A stretch of DNA of 48,372 nucleotides, filler included, from Sphacelaria rigidula (lineage: Eukaryota), in assembly GCA_964200075.2 (NCBI GenBank). It is 3 parts of 3 records of this genome, joined end to end, with 100 filler letters (N's around TTAATTAATTAA, not from the genome) between each part and the next. Parts side by side here need not be neighbours in the genome. Positions count along the whole stretch, not along the records: positions 1 to 16,059 come from CAXNAA020001498.1; positions 16,160 to 32,216 come from CAXNAA020001499.1; 1 more part is not named here. One strand, given 5' to 3'. The notes under the pieces were generated by a model. That model saw only the letters and a program-made list of their open reading frames with translations. It was not told where the DNA came from and ran no database searches. Below, piece by piece: positions 10,631-23,217 of this stretch. Both the position numbers and the translations under genes were made by a program. Every line of letters starts with the position of its first letter. Position 1 is the stretch's first letter.

Positions 10631-13600
10631 CTATCCTTGGTTTCCAAGGTCGGTATCGTATGGAGCGGCAAGTTGTGCCTCCAATCGGTGTAGATGGGAC
10701 ATATCTGCGCGGCGGCCGATCAAAAGGACAGCGACAAAAAAGACGTTTTCGTTTTGAACAAAACGAAACGACGTGACTATTTCCTCAGGTTGTTGACGAA
10801 TCTGAGGTCAAACGAATTTGGTTAATGCGACGAAATGTGCACTTTCCATTCTGCCTGACTTGGTCAGATCTAGGATCGACTGCTTGTACCGCACTACAAA
10901 ACATGAAAACAACAACGACAACGACATTTCCGATTAACCGTAACTACAATTCCGAAGCACCGGCAGCATCTACAAAGATCCGTCCGGATTTGGGGGGAAG
11001 CGAAGTCATGACAATCTCCCAGCACGGGAGGACGTGTGTTGGATCACCTCCATCCTGCGCAGCATTCAACGCCTGATCCAAAGCTTTTGCTCGGAGGATG
11101 AATGCAGGGTTGCTAGTCCGCATGACCTCCAGCCTTTCCCTCCGACCTTCCTGTTCTCCCTCGGGATGGTGTCTCCCAATGCCCTGCTGACGCGGAACCC
11201 AAACAGACACGCTGTTGAGGTTGGGGAAAGTGGTCACAGGTTTCACACGTGGCACAGCTCACGAGCTACCTGGAAAAGTTCATTTGGCCCCTCACCCTTT
11301 TCCCATTTTTTTCCAACAGCCCTGGAACCTAAGCACGCGGAGTAGCGCAAAGGTAGCGCTTTGGCATCTCGGACACTATTGTCAGATACTTTTGCGATCT
11401 CGGACAACCGATCTGAGAGTCATCTTCGGTTACTTATTTTAGGCAGCTCATGAATGTCTGACGTATGAAAGGTTTGCCAAAATAAGTCTAGGAGGAGACA
11501 CATACATGCTATGGGACCATGAGTGAAACAAAACGAGGGTCGGGGAAAGCTCAGCTGTGCATACGAAACGAAGGCCCATGTTGTGAACTTGTAATGTCTG
11601 GGAGTGTACCACGCGCGATGGCAAGCCACGATTCGTGCATAACATGCTTGCTCGCCCCTGCCTGAGTTTCCATGATGCCGTACTACGTTCCGTTTGTCGG
11701 AGACGTCTTGAACACAAACTTACCATTTCGTCAATCCGGACCATATACTGGCGTATCCATTGCGCCCATTGGCGCATTTGATCTCTCGACGCCTTTGCAT
11801 CAGCTAAGATCGCAGACATGGGCTGCAGACATTCATTGTCGCAGATTTCCACGTCCTCACTCATGAGACTGCCACACTCTCGCTGGCCGTCCTCGCTGAT
11901 GTCAAGATCAGGACCAGCGGCCCGCATTTTATTTGACCCCACAGATGACACCAACTCTTCTCCTGATCGCAGTCGCAACCCTGGTACGTTATCGCCATCT
12001 CCAGCTACCGATAAAGCAGGCACTCCACTTAGAGCCCGCCAAGTGTCTGTGTAGTCCGTTCCACAGTCCTCCATCAAACGCAGCAAATTCAACACGAAAA
12101 CGCCGTCGGGTGGTAGGGCTACCGGCCCTTCATTTGGCGTATACTTGTTCCGCAGCACGGCGGCCCAGCCATTCCCAAGGTCCATACCCTCTAGCCCCAG
12201 CTTCCGTTGAAGGTGAGCGGTGTACGCGGCATCGAAGGCAGGTGAGAAGGCAACATTTGCTGCAGCAACTCCGGATTGACCTGCACTCCAAGCAATGGCC
12301 CGGCGAGCATTTCTGCATTGGTAGCAGCCACTTAATCGAGTTGAGATAAACACATCCCTGCTACCGTCAAGTTATATCCGCACTATGCACTGTTTTGTAC
12401 TATGCCGTACACAAAGGTAGCGCAAAATACCCCACGTTACCGCCGAACACGTGGTAACGAATAATACAGCGGGAACAACGGGGCTCGTATCAGGTTTTTC
12501 AGGCATCGCTATCGGAAAGTTCTAAAATCTACCAAAACCAGGGGCGAACAGGCGGGTGTGCTACGCATGCCACGAAAAGAAAGAGACCGCGTGGGATGCA
12601 GGCGGTAGTACCAGTGCTTTCATCCGTGGTGGCAGTGCTGCAGTTGGCTGCAATGGCGGTACGCTTGTCAGATATCGTGTATCAAGATGTAAAAATTCGA
12701 GTCATGAGGGTGTACAAACGGGCATCATACTGCAGTGAAAATATTTTCCCTCCCTCAAGCCCCCTGGTCGGGAAGAAGTGTTGAGGGCAGGATACACTGC
12801 GAGCGCATCGGCATCAACATCGCGGGTAGTATCGTTACTTGTCGAATGGTGGTCGTGCTGCTCTCGATTACAATAGATGACCAACTCCGACAGCATGGGG
12901 CTTTTGTATATCCTCGAGGAGTCGCTTCGGGAACCGAGGACACACTGTCGGGCAAGCGTGCTCACCTACAAGTGACGAGAAGGCCTCAGAGAGTCGTTCA
13001 CAGTTCCATGCCGCGACATCAGGTTGATTTTGGAATGTATATCGACGGGCAGAGTCCCCCTCGTTTGGAGACCACGATGGCGCATACTTTTCCATGAAAC
13101 TGCGTTCATGAGAGAGTCGTGTGGGAGCATGATGAAACACGGAAGAATGAGCAGAGGTCATGTAAGCCGAAGCCGCAAAAATTGCGCGCTCTATACTTGG
13201 ACATTTTATAGTCAGCAAAGACAGATTGCTTCAGTCGTTCAAATCGAGCGGGACCCCCCCCCCGTGTGGTCCAGCACCGCTGATGCCCCCACGCTGCCGT
13301 ACAAACCTGCAGGGACCAAAATCCAGACCCAAGCCGAGCAGGGTGAAGTTATCGGTGTTGAGGACCCCGTGGCAAAATCCTAAAGCCTGCCACTCGGCCA
13401 CCATCCTTGCCGTCGCCTGGTGACGAGTGAAGTAATGGGCATTTCGAAGAGAGTCCATGAGCGTCGCATGAGATGCAGAACACCACAACATACGATGCAT
13501 AGAACGGTCTTCATTGTGGCTTACCTTAACAAATGTGATCAGTAGCTCCAAGTATTCGCGCTGAGACCCTTTACTGCTTTCCGTGCATCCCGTTCCATTC

Positions 13601-15608
13601 GCATGATTCTCGTGATCGCTTCCAGTCGCAGACTCTGCACTATATCCTACTCGTGAATGGTCCAAAATGTTTTCCACTGAGTTATGGTCGCTTGTTGAAA
13701 GGTCCTCCTCCAGTGACAGCAAGTAAGGGCGAAGGTGGCGACGGCAATAGTCCGCCAACGCTCGAACAACGGCCACCTCGCCCCGCCGGGCGGGCAGCTC
13801 GAAGGAACCAAATCGCAGGAAGCTCGGAGCAACGCGACAAAGCACCGCCCCAGGTGATCGCCGCAGAACCCCGCTATTTTTTGGATCTGGGTCCCTGATC
13901 AGCGCCGCTTCTCCCGTAGTGCACACCGAAACTGCAACCGTTGCCGCAGCGCCCAAGCCAACCAAAGCTTCACTAAATAGATACTCCCTCAAGCAAGCTC
14001 CAAGCGCTGCCGGCGCCAAGTGGGTAAACAATGGCGAAGGAAATAACATGAGACACGCGGCGAGCAAATTGTATTCGTACATATTTCTATTCCCCCTGGA
14101 ATTATTCGCAACAAAAATATCTGAAGCAGAAGACAGCTGGCACCAGATCGCCTTTACAGACAGTTGCGCGTTCCGATAAATTCGTGCTAAATCGGCTTTG
14201 ACAAGAATATATATGATACTGTACAGAGTTTAGCCTTGGCTACGGTTGCCTCACCCGCTTTCCCATCGCCACCTCTCGAAAAGGGCGTTTTCCCGATACC
14301 CTTGAGCTGAATCTGCAGGCGATAGGACAGTGTACAGAAAAAGGGATACGAGTCAGGCGGGCCGATTGGTGTATACATAAAGCGCGGTACAAGTACGTAG
14401 CAACCCAATTGCATCACAGTCGATTCGAAGACACATTCATGGATTATCCAAGACTACGCACGAGATGTCTATCGTGACGCGCAACAAGAAGTGTAAGTCG
14501 TTCCACCTCGAGAAGATGCCCATTCCACAGCCTTGACACCCGGGTGTTTCGGACACTAACAGCAGGAACCTCCCCAAGCGTAGCGACCCGGCCATCACCA
14601 AGCTGGCCAGCCCAATTCCCAAACTGATGTCCGCCGTAACAAGAGGCAAACGGCTGGCAGCCGCTCACTTGAGTCGTCCCAGTGAGAACACGTGCAAATT
14701 CTCCCAGCTCTTGCTCGGGTGGTGTGCTTCTCCCACCACGTACTGCCTCCGCGTTCGCGGTAGCACTAGGATCAACCGTCGCTGTTTGGGGCGGCTCCCC
14801 ACTGTGCTGCTGTTTTCGGAAAAGTGGCGGACGGCCTACTTGGTTAGTGGTCATGGCTCGCACCGCATCGTCGTACGGCAGACCGACTAATGCCGCACCT
14901 GTTTTGCTGAGAGCCACCAAGGCAGGAGAAGATGCTTCGTCTATTGACACGGGCGAGTGGCATGCGTTTCTGACCTCTCGTGAAACCTGCTGTGGGTATT
15001 TCAGGCGAGGCGGCAACATGCTGTTAGCATGGCGTATTCAGTAGAAGGTCGCCCAGGTGATCAGCTGTCCTCTGCGGACTTGCCTTATACTTGAATCACC
15101 TATATACAATCGCTTGAGAGTAAAACATTTTCCCGAAGAATCCTCAGTCACCGTAGCGTCCGATCTGTAGCATCCAGGGGACCGTCTAGGGGACCGAAGC
15201 AAATGTGGCTACAGTTCACAGTACAGTACCTGGTCCAGGGGCCGTGGCTACAATTGCTTCAACTAGAACAGTGTACGAAGTGCCAGCGGCTGTACCCTTT
15301 ATACTCACTTTGCTGGTGCTACATGCTTCCTCCACCGTGGCAACCTCAACATTGTCGTTGAACAGCTCATCCAGCCCATCGAATCCATCAAATATGTCCT
15401 CTGTAGGCAACTCTGCCGACCTTCCTGGTCCCTCAAGTACCCACGGCCAGCGACTGCGGAATAAACCGTTATCACGTTTAGAGAGGGCACACTCGATTGG
15501 GCGCAACCTTCGCGATGCCACCAGAACGTCGGAGATGCTCCGCACCGCTCGTCCACTTGGGTGAAGGTCGATACCGGGATGTACATGTGACACTACAATA
15601 TTCCTCAT
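10631..15608 (-). CDS. SELO: SelO-family protein adenylyltransferase (AMPylase pseudokinase, YdiU/UPF0061), ~830 aa, 10 exons: 15608-15309, 15208-15084, 15020-14507, 14312-14255, 14006-13525, 13416-13307, 13099-12966, 12280-11724, 11186-11048, 10704-10631
   Basis: The spliced translation contains SelO signatures [94 protein letters not shown]…[34 protein letters not shown] and GDMSHLHRL…PYD. All exon phases add up (2493 nt). The first exon and start codon are the least certain part. Confidence 0.93.
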
Positions 15609-16059
15609 TCATGAATGACCGTGAGACCCCGAAGGCGGCTATGCAATCAAGTTCAGCGCAGCGAGCTGAGGAGTGTATCGAACAACCTGCCAGTAGCACT
15701 ACGATAAACATGCACCGTATTTTAGTTCTCAATTTTGGTTCGGTTCTAAATAGTTCTTCAGCACGATGCACTGAACATGCGGTGGGAAAGGAAATCTCTG
15801 ATCTTAGACCCACTTTTATGGCAAGCACGAATCTTGATTTTTTCAAAATCGGGGGGAAAAAAATCGGGGAACGCATTTTATGGACATCGATTTGGGCCAC
15901 ATCGGGGCCGAAAAAATCGGGGGGTCACGAACCGTTCCGAGATCGTCACTCCCCCGATTTTTTTGAGGTGACGTACGTGCATTGACGTACACTCCCAGAG
16001 TACGAGGCGTTTGGTATTTTTGCAACGGCAGCAGAAGACAGTCTCGTGACAGCACAGGG

Positions 16060-16159
16060 NNNNNNNNNNNNNNNNNNNNNNNNNNNNNNNNNNNNNNNNN
16101 NNNTTAATTAATTAANNNNNNNNNNNNNNNNNNNNNNNNNNNNNNNNNNNNNNNNNNNN
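16060..16159. other. Artificial contig-joining spacer (N44-TTAATTAATTAA-N44)
   Basis: A six-frame stop linker centred in a 100-nt N block; identical to 32217-32316. Confidence 0.95.
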
Positions 16160-16631
16160 CTGCTAAGATTGTTCGGCCCGAAGCCTACTAATCATCATGC
16201 ATTTGGATGACAGTCTACAATGAGTTGCTTCACTCTCTGGTACCGCCACTTCCAGAGACAACCACAGCTTACACAGTGCCTCATGGGCGTCTCGTCTCAC
16301 CACTTGAACACTACGTAGTACGATCACCTCCTTTGCGCGGAGTTAAGGTTCTCCCGCCCTGCCCAATATGATCTAGGCTGACTACCAAAATGGTTACCGC
16401 GAAAACAACGCAAGCGCGCGCAAGAAAAATCGGTAACCTGGTTGCCTGGCTTACGCAGGGAGTGGCGTGTTTTACAGCGTCATCGCCAACCGACGCCAAT
16501 CCCATAGAGGAGTCCGCCCCTACAAAGCTGGGACGGAGCACGCCGGGTTCTCGCCGGACCAGGCAGGGGGGGGGGGGTGCTGAAGTAGGGTGACGAATAA
16601 AAGCAAAATACACGGTATTGTGGGGGCTCAC

Positions 16632-16770
16632 ATTTTCGCAGCACAGGTTGTACCGACTTTCGCACGACATCCGGTAGGCGGTATGCGAAGGCCCTGAAGT
16701 CCTTGAGGTTGAGGCTCGTGCTGCTCAACATCAAGTCGTTCGCGTAGTCTTCCAAGAAGGCATTCAGCAT
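16632..16770 (-). CDS. Isolated internal exon of an unidentified gene (MLNAFLEDYANDLMLSSTSLNLKDFRAFAYRLPDVVRKSVQPVLRK)
   Basis: Acceptor GACGCAG| and donor |GTGAGC; open frame with GC3-rich codons; no partner exons assigned. Confidence 0.6.
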
Positions 16771-19700
16771 CTGCGTCCGTAGACCAAGCCGACAAAACAA
16801 AATGGGTCTTGATCATCAGTGTGCCGTACCGTACGAGGAAGCAGCCGTTCATTCGGCGTGTCGGTGGAAAGCATGAAGGAAGGCATCAATCCCACCATTA
16901 TTTTTGCATCGGACGCAAGAGATGACTATTCGATCATTCAACCTGTGCTGAAAAAAAGAACACCTCCGTGAGACACCACGTCAACAGCGGCGAGGAAAAA
17001 AATCTCTGCACTTGAAGGCCGACAGCACAACAACAACAGCCGGAACAAAAAAAGGTGGCCGTGCATTCTGCAGACACCGACCGCACTCAATTCCATGCAG
17101 TCACATCGGCATACACTCCTACAACATAAGCAGGACGAAGATCACGGGTGAGTCGACGGCTGTTGTGCGGCATCCCTACGACTGCACGTTGAGATTAATA
17201 TTTTCCAGGACGCTCGGTTCGTTGTCTCGCGTCTCTTTCGTCCTTTCTAGAGTTTTTCGATACGATCCAAATAATACAGGACCATGGTCAATGTCCCAGC
17301 GATTTCAGCAACGACCTACAATGAGGGCGGTAGTCTATCGCGACATAATGATGGTCTACACGGCAGAGTTTGGTCATCAAAGTGGCAATAACCTACGATG
17401 TCCCTCCTCTTATATTACCTCATTATGTCTCAAAAACACGTCGGCCGCACTCTCCTTTACACGAACCTACGTTAGACACTTCAATCGTTTCCCACAGTTG
17501 CTGTGCTCGCTGAGTGCTGTAGGTTTGCGCTCATGAAACGGAGTCAATCTTGCAGCGTTCGGTACAAAAACAGAAAATTGTCATTATCCAAAATGCGAAG
17601 GTTTTCAAGTGCACGAGTTCAGTACAAAAACAAGCATACTTGGTCATTATCTAGAATACGCAGGCTTTCGAAGTGCACTGACACAACACACACAAGACAC
17701 GATCTAGCATATCCGAACAAGAAAAAAGGTGGGGCAAAAGGAGGAACAGGCATATATAGAGGACTTGACATTGCAGTACCGCGCTTCACCAACGCAGCCA
17801 CGACAGGGTTTGCACATATTGGTTAGGTGTTGCACGCGTTGATGGCCGAGATGCACGCTTTACCATCGCACAAAAAGGTTCAAAAGGTTGGGGTTGGCGT
17901 TGATATTCGGTTGCAGGTGAGGTCTGCCCGGGTCGCACGAGGGGGAGGTGGGGCATCTTTCGCTGGCGAAAAAACCTTCAGGGCGAATGCGCATTTTCTA
18001 CCACAAACAGCTACACGTTTCGTCAAAAATATTGAGAGCTCAAGATATACACGTCTCGGGAAAGCCAAGTCTGGGTGACAAATACGTGGGGCATGCCTCG
18101 CGGCAATCAGCTCATGGGCTGCTTTGGTCATCAGGTGGCCCAACATCGATGAGATGTACAGAGTCGGACGGCGCAACTGGTTTTGGACCAGGATTGACCA
18201 ATTACACCTGGTCTTATTGTTTGCTGGTCCGCGAAAGACTCAGGCATTACATGGGGGGATTTTACGGCAATACTGTATCTGTCACCTACTGAACCCTGCG
18301 CTTCACGCTGACAGCGAGTTTCGCAAACAAAAAACAAAGTAGGGTCGGGCTGAAGCTAGCTTGTACAGAAACGTGAGCAAACAAGGTTGTGAAAAATCTA
18401 GACTTGAAAAACGGGGAGCGATGCCATGCTTAAAAACATCTCGCTACGTCGTAGACGTTTCTTGTTTTCGTTTGTTGACTCGATGCCTATGCTATGAAAC
18501 GTGATAATCGAGAGAGGCTATGCCAGAATGTACCCGGCTTGCCGTCGAGCCTATATTCGACGGCGTAGCAACTACCTTCCCTACGGGAATCTCAGGACAG
18601 TGGACGACGTGAAAGCGCGGCGCGTCACTCTCGAGATATATCCACAATCGCTCTTCAAACAGACTGATTTTGGGGGTCCTGTACCTCGCACGATCCGCGG
18701 GCGAATTTTTGTGCGTACCTTACACGTTGCGTGCAGCAAGCAAGTGTTTCAAAGTCAACACTCGACACACACCTCGAGTTCAACAAGGCGCAATAAATAT
18801 CACGCGGGGAGAAGATCGGGAGGGTGAAGACCAAAAGAGCGACAAACTCAGACGATCTCCTTCCTCCCGTCATTTCACTTTTCTCTCAAATGTCAACCAT
18901 AATTTCACGTGGGAGACGACTCATGATCCGTGCGGGTTACATCCTTACGAAACGTCGAGTCGGGATCATGTGCCGAAGAGTCGCTACATACCGATCACCG
19001 GTGGGAAAAAATGTACGTTCTAGGCAGGATCGCATCGATGAGGAGCGGGATCATACGTGTTCCAAGGAGAGCCGGGCAAATTATAAGTCCCTAGTCTCCA
19101 CGACGTGCGCTTAGTTCATGCTGCATGAAAAACTGGTGGAGATACGTATGTTTGATTCATACCGTACGAATCGCGGGTGGGAAATATACACGTTTGATTC
19201 ATGCTGTATGAATCCTTCGTCGTACGGCACAGAGTCAGGGGTAATACGGGCATACAATGGTTATCGGCTAGCTACGGCGGTGAGTTACGCGCAGCTATCC
19301 AGGTCAAAAGTTCACCAACTTGGTGTCGTGAAAATCGCGTCGCCGTGTTCGCACTTGTTCTATAAGGTATTTGTGTAATTGTGTAAGTGAGTGCTGAGTG
19401 CCCTAGAAATCTCGTGTCAATTTTTCAGGTCCCAACTCGATACACTGAGCTGCGCGTGGCGATATCGGCGAATCCCCCCGTCCTTCGCCGGCCCAGCTTG
19501 TACTGAATTACTGTCCGCCACGACAATCAGTAATCAGTACTGCAGTGGTTCTAAAACGCTGATTTCACTTCCCCCTTCCCCCGTCCTGCCCTTGCCTCAT
19601 CATGATGCTGCATGAATCGCTGGTGGGTAGAATATTGGTTAATTTCATGCCGCACGAGTAACGAGCGCAAGACAGGCACGTATAATCCATGTTTCATACG

Positions 19701-19957
19701 AATCACTGGTGGGAAAATTGCAACTGTACGTTCGATTCATGCGTACGAATGACAGGTGGAGAAAAATTGCAATAGGGTCATGCCGTATGAAAGGCAAGAC
19801 GGAAAAAGCTTGAGTTCGAAGTATTACAGCACGAATCACGAGTCCAAATAGTCTATGAATCACATCTCCCGAATCGCATGATTGCTTCGTGCACAATTTG
19901 AACATGAACAAATCATGATTGATGCCGTCCCACGTGTTAACTCTGTGTGTGCATCAG

Positions 19958-20104
19958 ACATCATTGAAGACTTCCACACGATCGGTTACACTTGCTCACT
20001 GCTGAAGCTGGCCTCGACGAAATGGGGGGTCGAGTGTGCAGTGTGCAGCCCCGAAGCTCGCGCGATATTCGCCATCATCTACGCAAATATTGAGGCGTTC
20101 AAAG
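19958..20104 (+). CDS. Probable isolated phase-1/phase-1 exon (DIIEDFHTIGYTCSLLKLASTKWGVECAVCSPEARAIFAIIYANIEAFK)
   Basis: TGTGCATCAG| acceptor and AAAG|GTGAAA donor; 147 nt open with coding-like codon usage. Confidence 0.45.
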
Positions 20105-20554
20105 GTGAAATCAAGAAAAAAAAAAAGGGGTCTCGGCGGCACACAACATATTCCTCGGCCTATTTATTCATCACGGGATATTCCGCGGGACGGGACGAGA
20201 TTTCCCATCCCGTCCCGTCAGTTTCCGAGTCAACGGTAGAAGTAGTCGTCCTGTCCTGTAGTGCCCCGACGGAGTCCAATCCCCGCCTCATCTAGGCGTT
20301 TCGTCCAAAGCCCTGAAATTAGTCGGTGTGTCTTCATCAACGTAACGTCCACATGTCCACCACTTGATGCCGGCGCGCTTGTCAGCAAGATGCAGCCGTC
20401 GTTATGCGACTATGCGACATCTGTAGGTATCGATTTTCTTTCGCGTCTGTTTCTGGTTACTGGTGCTGAGTCTACTCGTGTCCACTGCTGATGTGCCTGT
20501 CCCCGTCCTTCGGTATATGCCAGGCATCGTGTCGCTTGTTTTGTTTTGGGCAAT

Positions 20555-20798
20555 GGCCTAGAAGGGGACCTTCCCGTTTTTGGCCCAAGAAAGGCACGAA
20601 TAATGGCCAGAAACGCGAAAACAGCAAAACACGCCATTTTGACCGTTTTCGCTCCCAATTTTTCACGCACATCACTCGGGGGGAGGGGGGCTTGCCACCC
20701 GGGCCTCGAAAAAAAAAGGAAAAAAACATATTACTCGCGATATATCGCCACGCGAAAACCGACGTCTCGCCTCCAGAAACCGCTCCCCTTTCTAGGCC
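20555..20798. mobile_element. ~245-bp MITE with GGCCTAGAA(A)GGGG inverted ends (second, truncated copy at 48297-48372)
   Basis: GGCCTAGAAGGGG … CCCCTTTCTAGGCC. The 5' part TTTTGGGCAATGGCCTAGAA…AAAGG.ACGAA.AATGGCCAGAAACG recurs at the window end. Confidence 0.65.
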
Positions 20799-21314
20799 AA
20801 GAATTCACCACGTATACCTGATTCAGAAATTCTTTGTCAATCATACCTTATCTGGACCACCGATCGGCCGAGAACGTACCTGTGCTGGGCCGTCGCTCTC
20901 TACACTGTACCTGATGCGGCACATCGCGCGCAAGGGATTCTACGCGCCAACTCCAACCATGGCGCCCACACATTCGGCTTTTTCGCCGCTCATTTGCGGG
21001 TCACAGACGCCACTGCGACCAAGCCCCCTTCTCCCCGGAAATAGTTCCGGAGTTTCTGCGCATCGACAGAACAACTGGACTCACAACTCACAGCGCGTCG
21101 GTTTTTTGTGATCCGGGGGGTTGTGGAGCACGGTACTGTTATGGGAGCGCCTGACCCCCCAAAAATGAGCAAAAAAAGTGTCACCAACCAAAACTACGAA
21201 CAGACATGAACAGACCGATTTTTACGGCTCATCCTGGCTTGTGGGGTGAAATGCGCCTTACGTCATCGGAAAAGAACGGCATAGAACCAATATTCACATG
21301 GAGAAAAAACTTGC

Positions 21315-21519
21315 CAAGGGCAGGTCGAATAGAGTATACTCAATTGCGGGGTATTTTGAAAGACGTACTTGGGGTACTCAACTCAGGGTAGAGTGTTGGG
21401 AGTCGTACCCCAAACACAACTGGAAAGCGATCCCTGAAACCCTACCCCCAATTCGTGTACTTCCAGTACGACTTTTAAAATACCCCGCAATTGAGTATAC
21501 TCTACTCGGCCTACCCTTG
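21315..21519. mobile_element. hAT/P-type MITE, CAAGGGCAGGTCGA TIR family (short copy)
   Basis: ~47-bp TIRs CAAGGGCAGGTCGAATAGAGTATACTCAATTGCGGGGTATTTT / AAAATACCCCGCAATTGAGTATACTCTACTCGGCCTACCCTTG. Confidence 0.85.
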
Positions 21520-21614
21520 GTCTGCTTCCTCCCCGTTGGTGCTCATCGTGCAAATTGACGAATCCACCATTATTTTCACGAGCATATTTAAGACTAGTAT
21601 TCATGTCTTCTATG

Positions 21615-22285
21615 TTACAGATTTTGATACGTTGAACTTCACAACACCCGATGTCCTCGACGGCGAATTGGTGGTTTTCCTCTCTTATTTCCGGCAGATA
21701 TTACCCGACTACCGCTGGCGGTACGTTCGGTATGATCGGCGAAATGGTGAAAGTCATGATGTGATACGTTAACAACGTACGATTTACCTTTTTGATGGTG
21801 CAGATTTTGATACGTTGAAATTCACCGATACCCTACGTCCTTGTCTGCGAATTGGTGAATTTTCCATGGCGAATTGGTGAATTTTCCCTCTTATTTCCGG
21901 CAAGTATTACCCGACTACCGCTGCCGGTACGTTCGGTGTGATTGGCGAAAGTGTAAAAAGCATAACTTGATACGATAACAACGTAATATTCACCTCTTTG
22001 ATGGTGCAGATTTTGATACCTTGAATTTCACCGATACCCGAGGACCTCGTCGGCGAATTGGTGAATTTTCCCCCTTATTTCGGACAGATTGTACCCGAGT
22101 ACCCCTGCCGCTATACGTTCGGTGTGATTGACGAATTGGCGAAATGGTGAAGGTCATAATTTGATACGTTAAGAAGCAAGATATACCTCTTTTGTGGTGC
22201 AGATTTTGATACGTTGAATTTCACAAACACCCGACGTCCCCGACGGCGTATTCGTAAATTTACCCGATCACGACTGCCGGTACGT
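21615..22285 (+). repeat. Tandem repeat, ~190-200-bp unit, ~3.4 copies
   Basis: CAGATTTTGATAC.TTGAA.TTCAC recurs at ~21618, 21800, 22007 and 22200, with conserved GCGAATTGGTG and ACCCGACTACCGCTG blocks. Confidence 0.9.
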
Positions 22286-22565
22286 TATTATTATTATATT
22301 ACTACAGCACAATCTCACTGGCCAAGTTTGGCGAAAATGGGTCGGCAACCTCGTTGTTTCGGGGCCATGTCATCTCAATATTCCGATAAGTGCCCCGCAA
22401 TCTCCCACCAATATCGGCGGACGTACCGACATGTCAAACTGTCTTGCCACCACGCAACCCCAATGCCATCATTTTTTTGGCGCCCATAACACAGCATCAA
22501 CTATGCTGCACAAAATATGTCGACCCCACTGATTTCCACCAACGTCCCGAGTACAGAATACTGCT

Positions 22566-22891
22566 TGAGAACGGTGTTCTCATCAAAGGGGACCTCAAGG
22601 CACAGGGTTTATAGGTACATCCAACCACGGGTCGACGGGGTCATTCTTCCGTCTTCCTGAGTGCTGCCGGCCTGCGACGCTGAGGACGCCAAGGCGGTCG
22701 CATCCGGTCTCGAGAGCTTCATCCGGACGGTTCAAGCTGAAAGCTTGAGACCGGATGCGACCTTCTCGGCGTCCTCAGCACGGCAGGCTGGCAGCACTCA
22801 CGTAGACGAAAGAATGGCCCCGTCGACCCCTTCTTGGAGGTATCTACAACCCTGTGCCTTGAGGTCCCTTTTCATGGGAAAACCGCTCTCA
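22566..22891 (+). ncRNA. Long imperfect stem-loop, candidate pre-miRNA/hairpin RNA
   Basis: ~150-bp arms with a short terminal loop, mostly symmetric mismatches and several G:U pairs on the + strand; single copy in the window. Confidence 0.5.
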
Positions 22892-23217
22892 CCAACTACA
22901 CACGTCGCTCGATCGCGGACGATAACGGATATCACTGGGGTTGACAAAAAATACAACGTACGGTCCTCTTCTGCGAAGGATCGCTGGTCTGCCCACTCTT
23001 TTTCTTGCGAAATATTTGCGCCGGCTGCTGGTCTAAGGGCGAAATTTGCCGACTTATTACATTATTCTTCGATCCATTTTGTTTTCCCTTCCTCGCTTTT
23101 TCCGAAGAAGAAAAATTCCATAAAATCATCATCCAACCTCAACCACTCCCAACTAAAAAATTAAATCCATATCCCAACAAACATGAATTAATAAGCATGT
23201 TTGGTCAAACTCGCTTT

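Noticed and set aside
10944..11047. SelO C-terminus …[12 protein letters not shown]…GASEL from the ORF track
   Set aside because: A GAG|GTGATC donor at 11047 splices in phase to 10704, giving the family-like GDMSHLHRL…PYD.
15021..15083. In-frame TGA read as selenocysteine in SelO
   Set aside because: It sits in a segment with good splice signals, and SelO Sec is C-terminal.
22661..23164. 167-aa ORF MLPACDAEDAK…
   Set aside because: Lies across the GC-rich palindrome and runs into low-complexity sequence; no recognisable motif or splice support.
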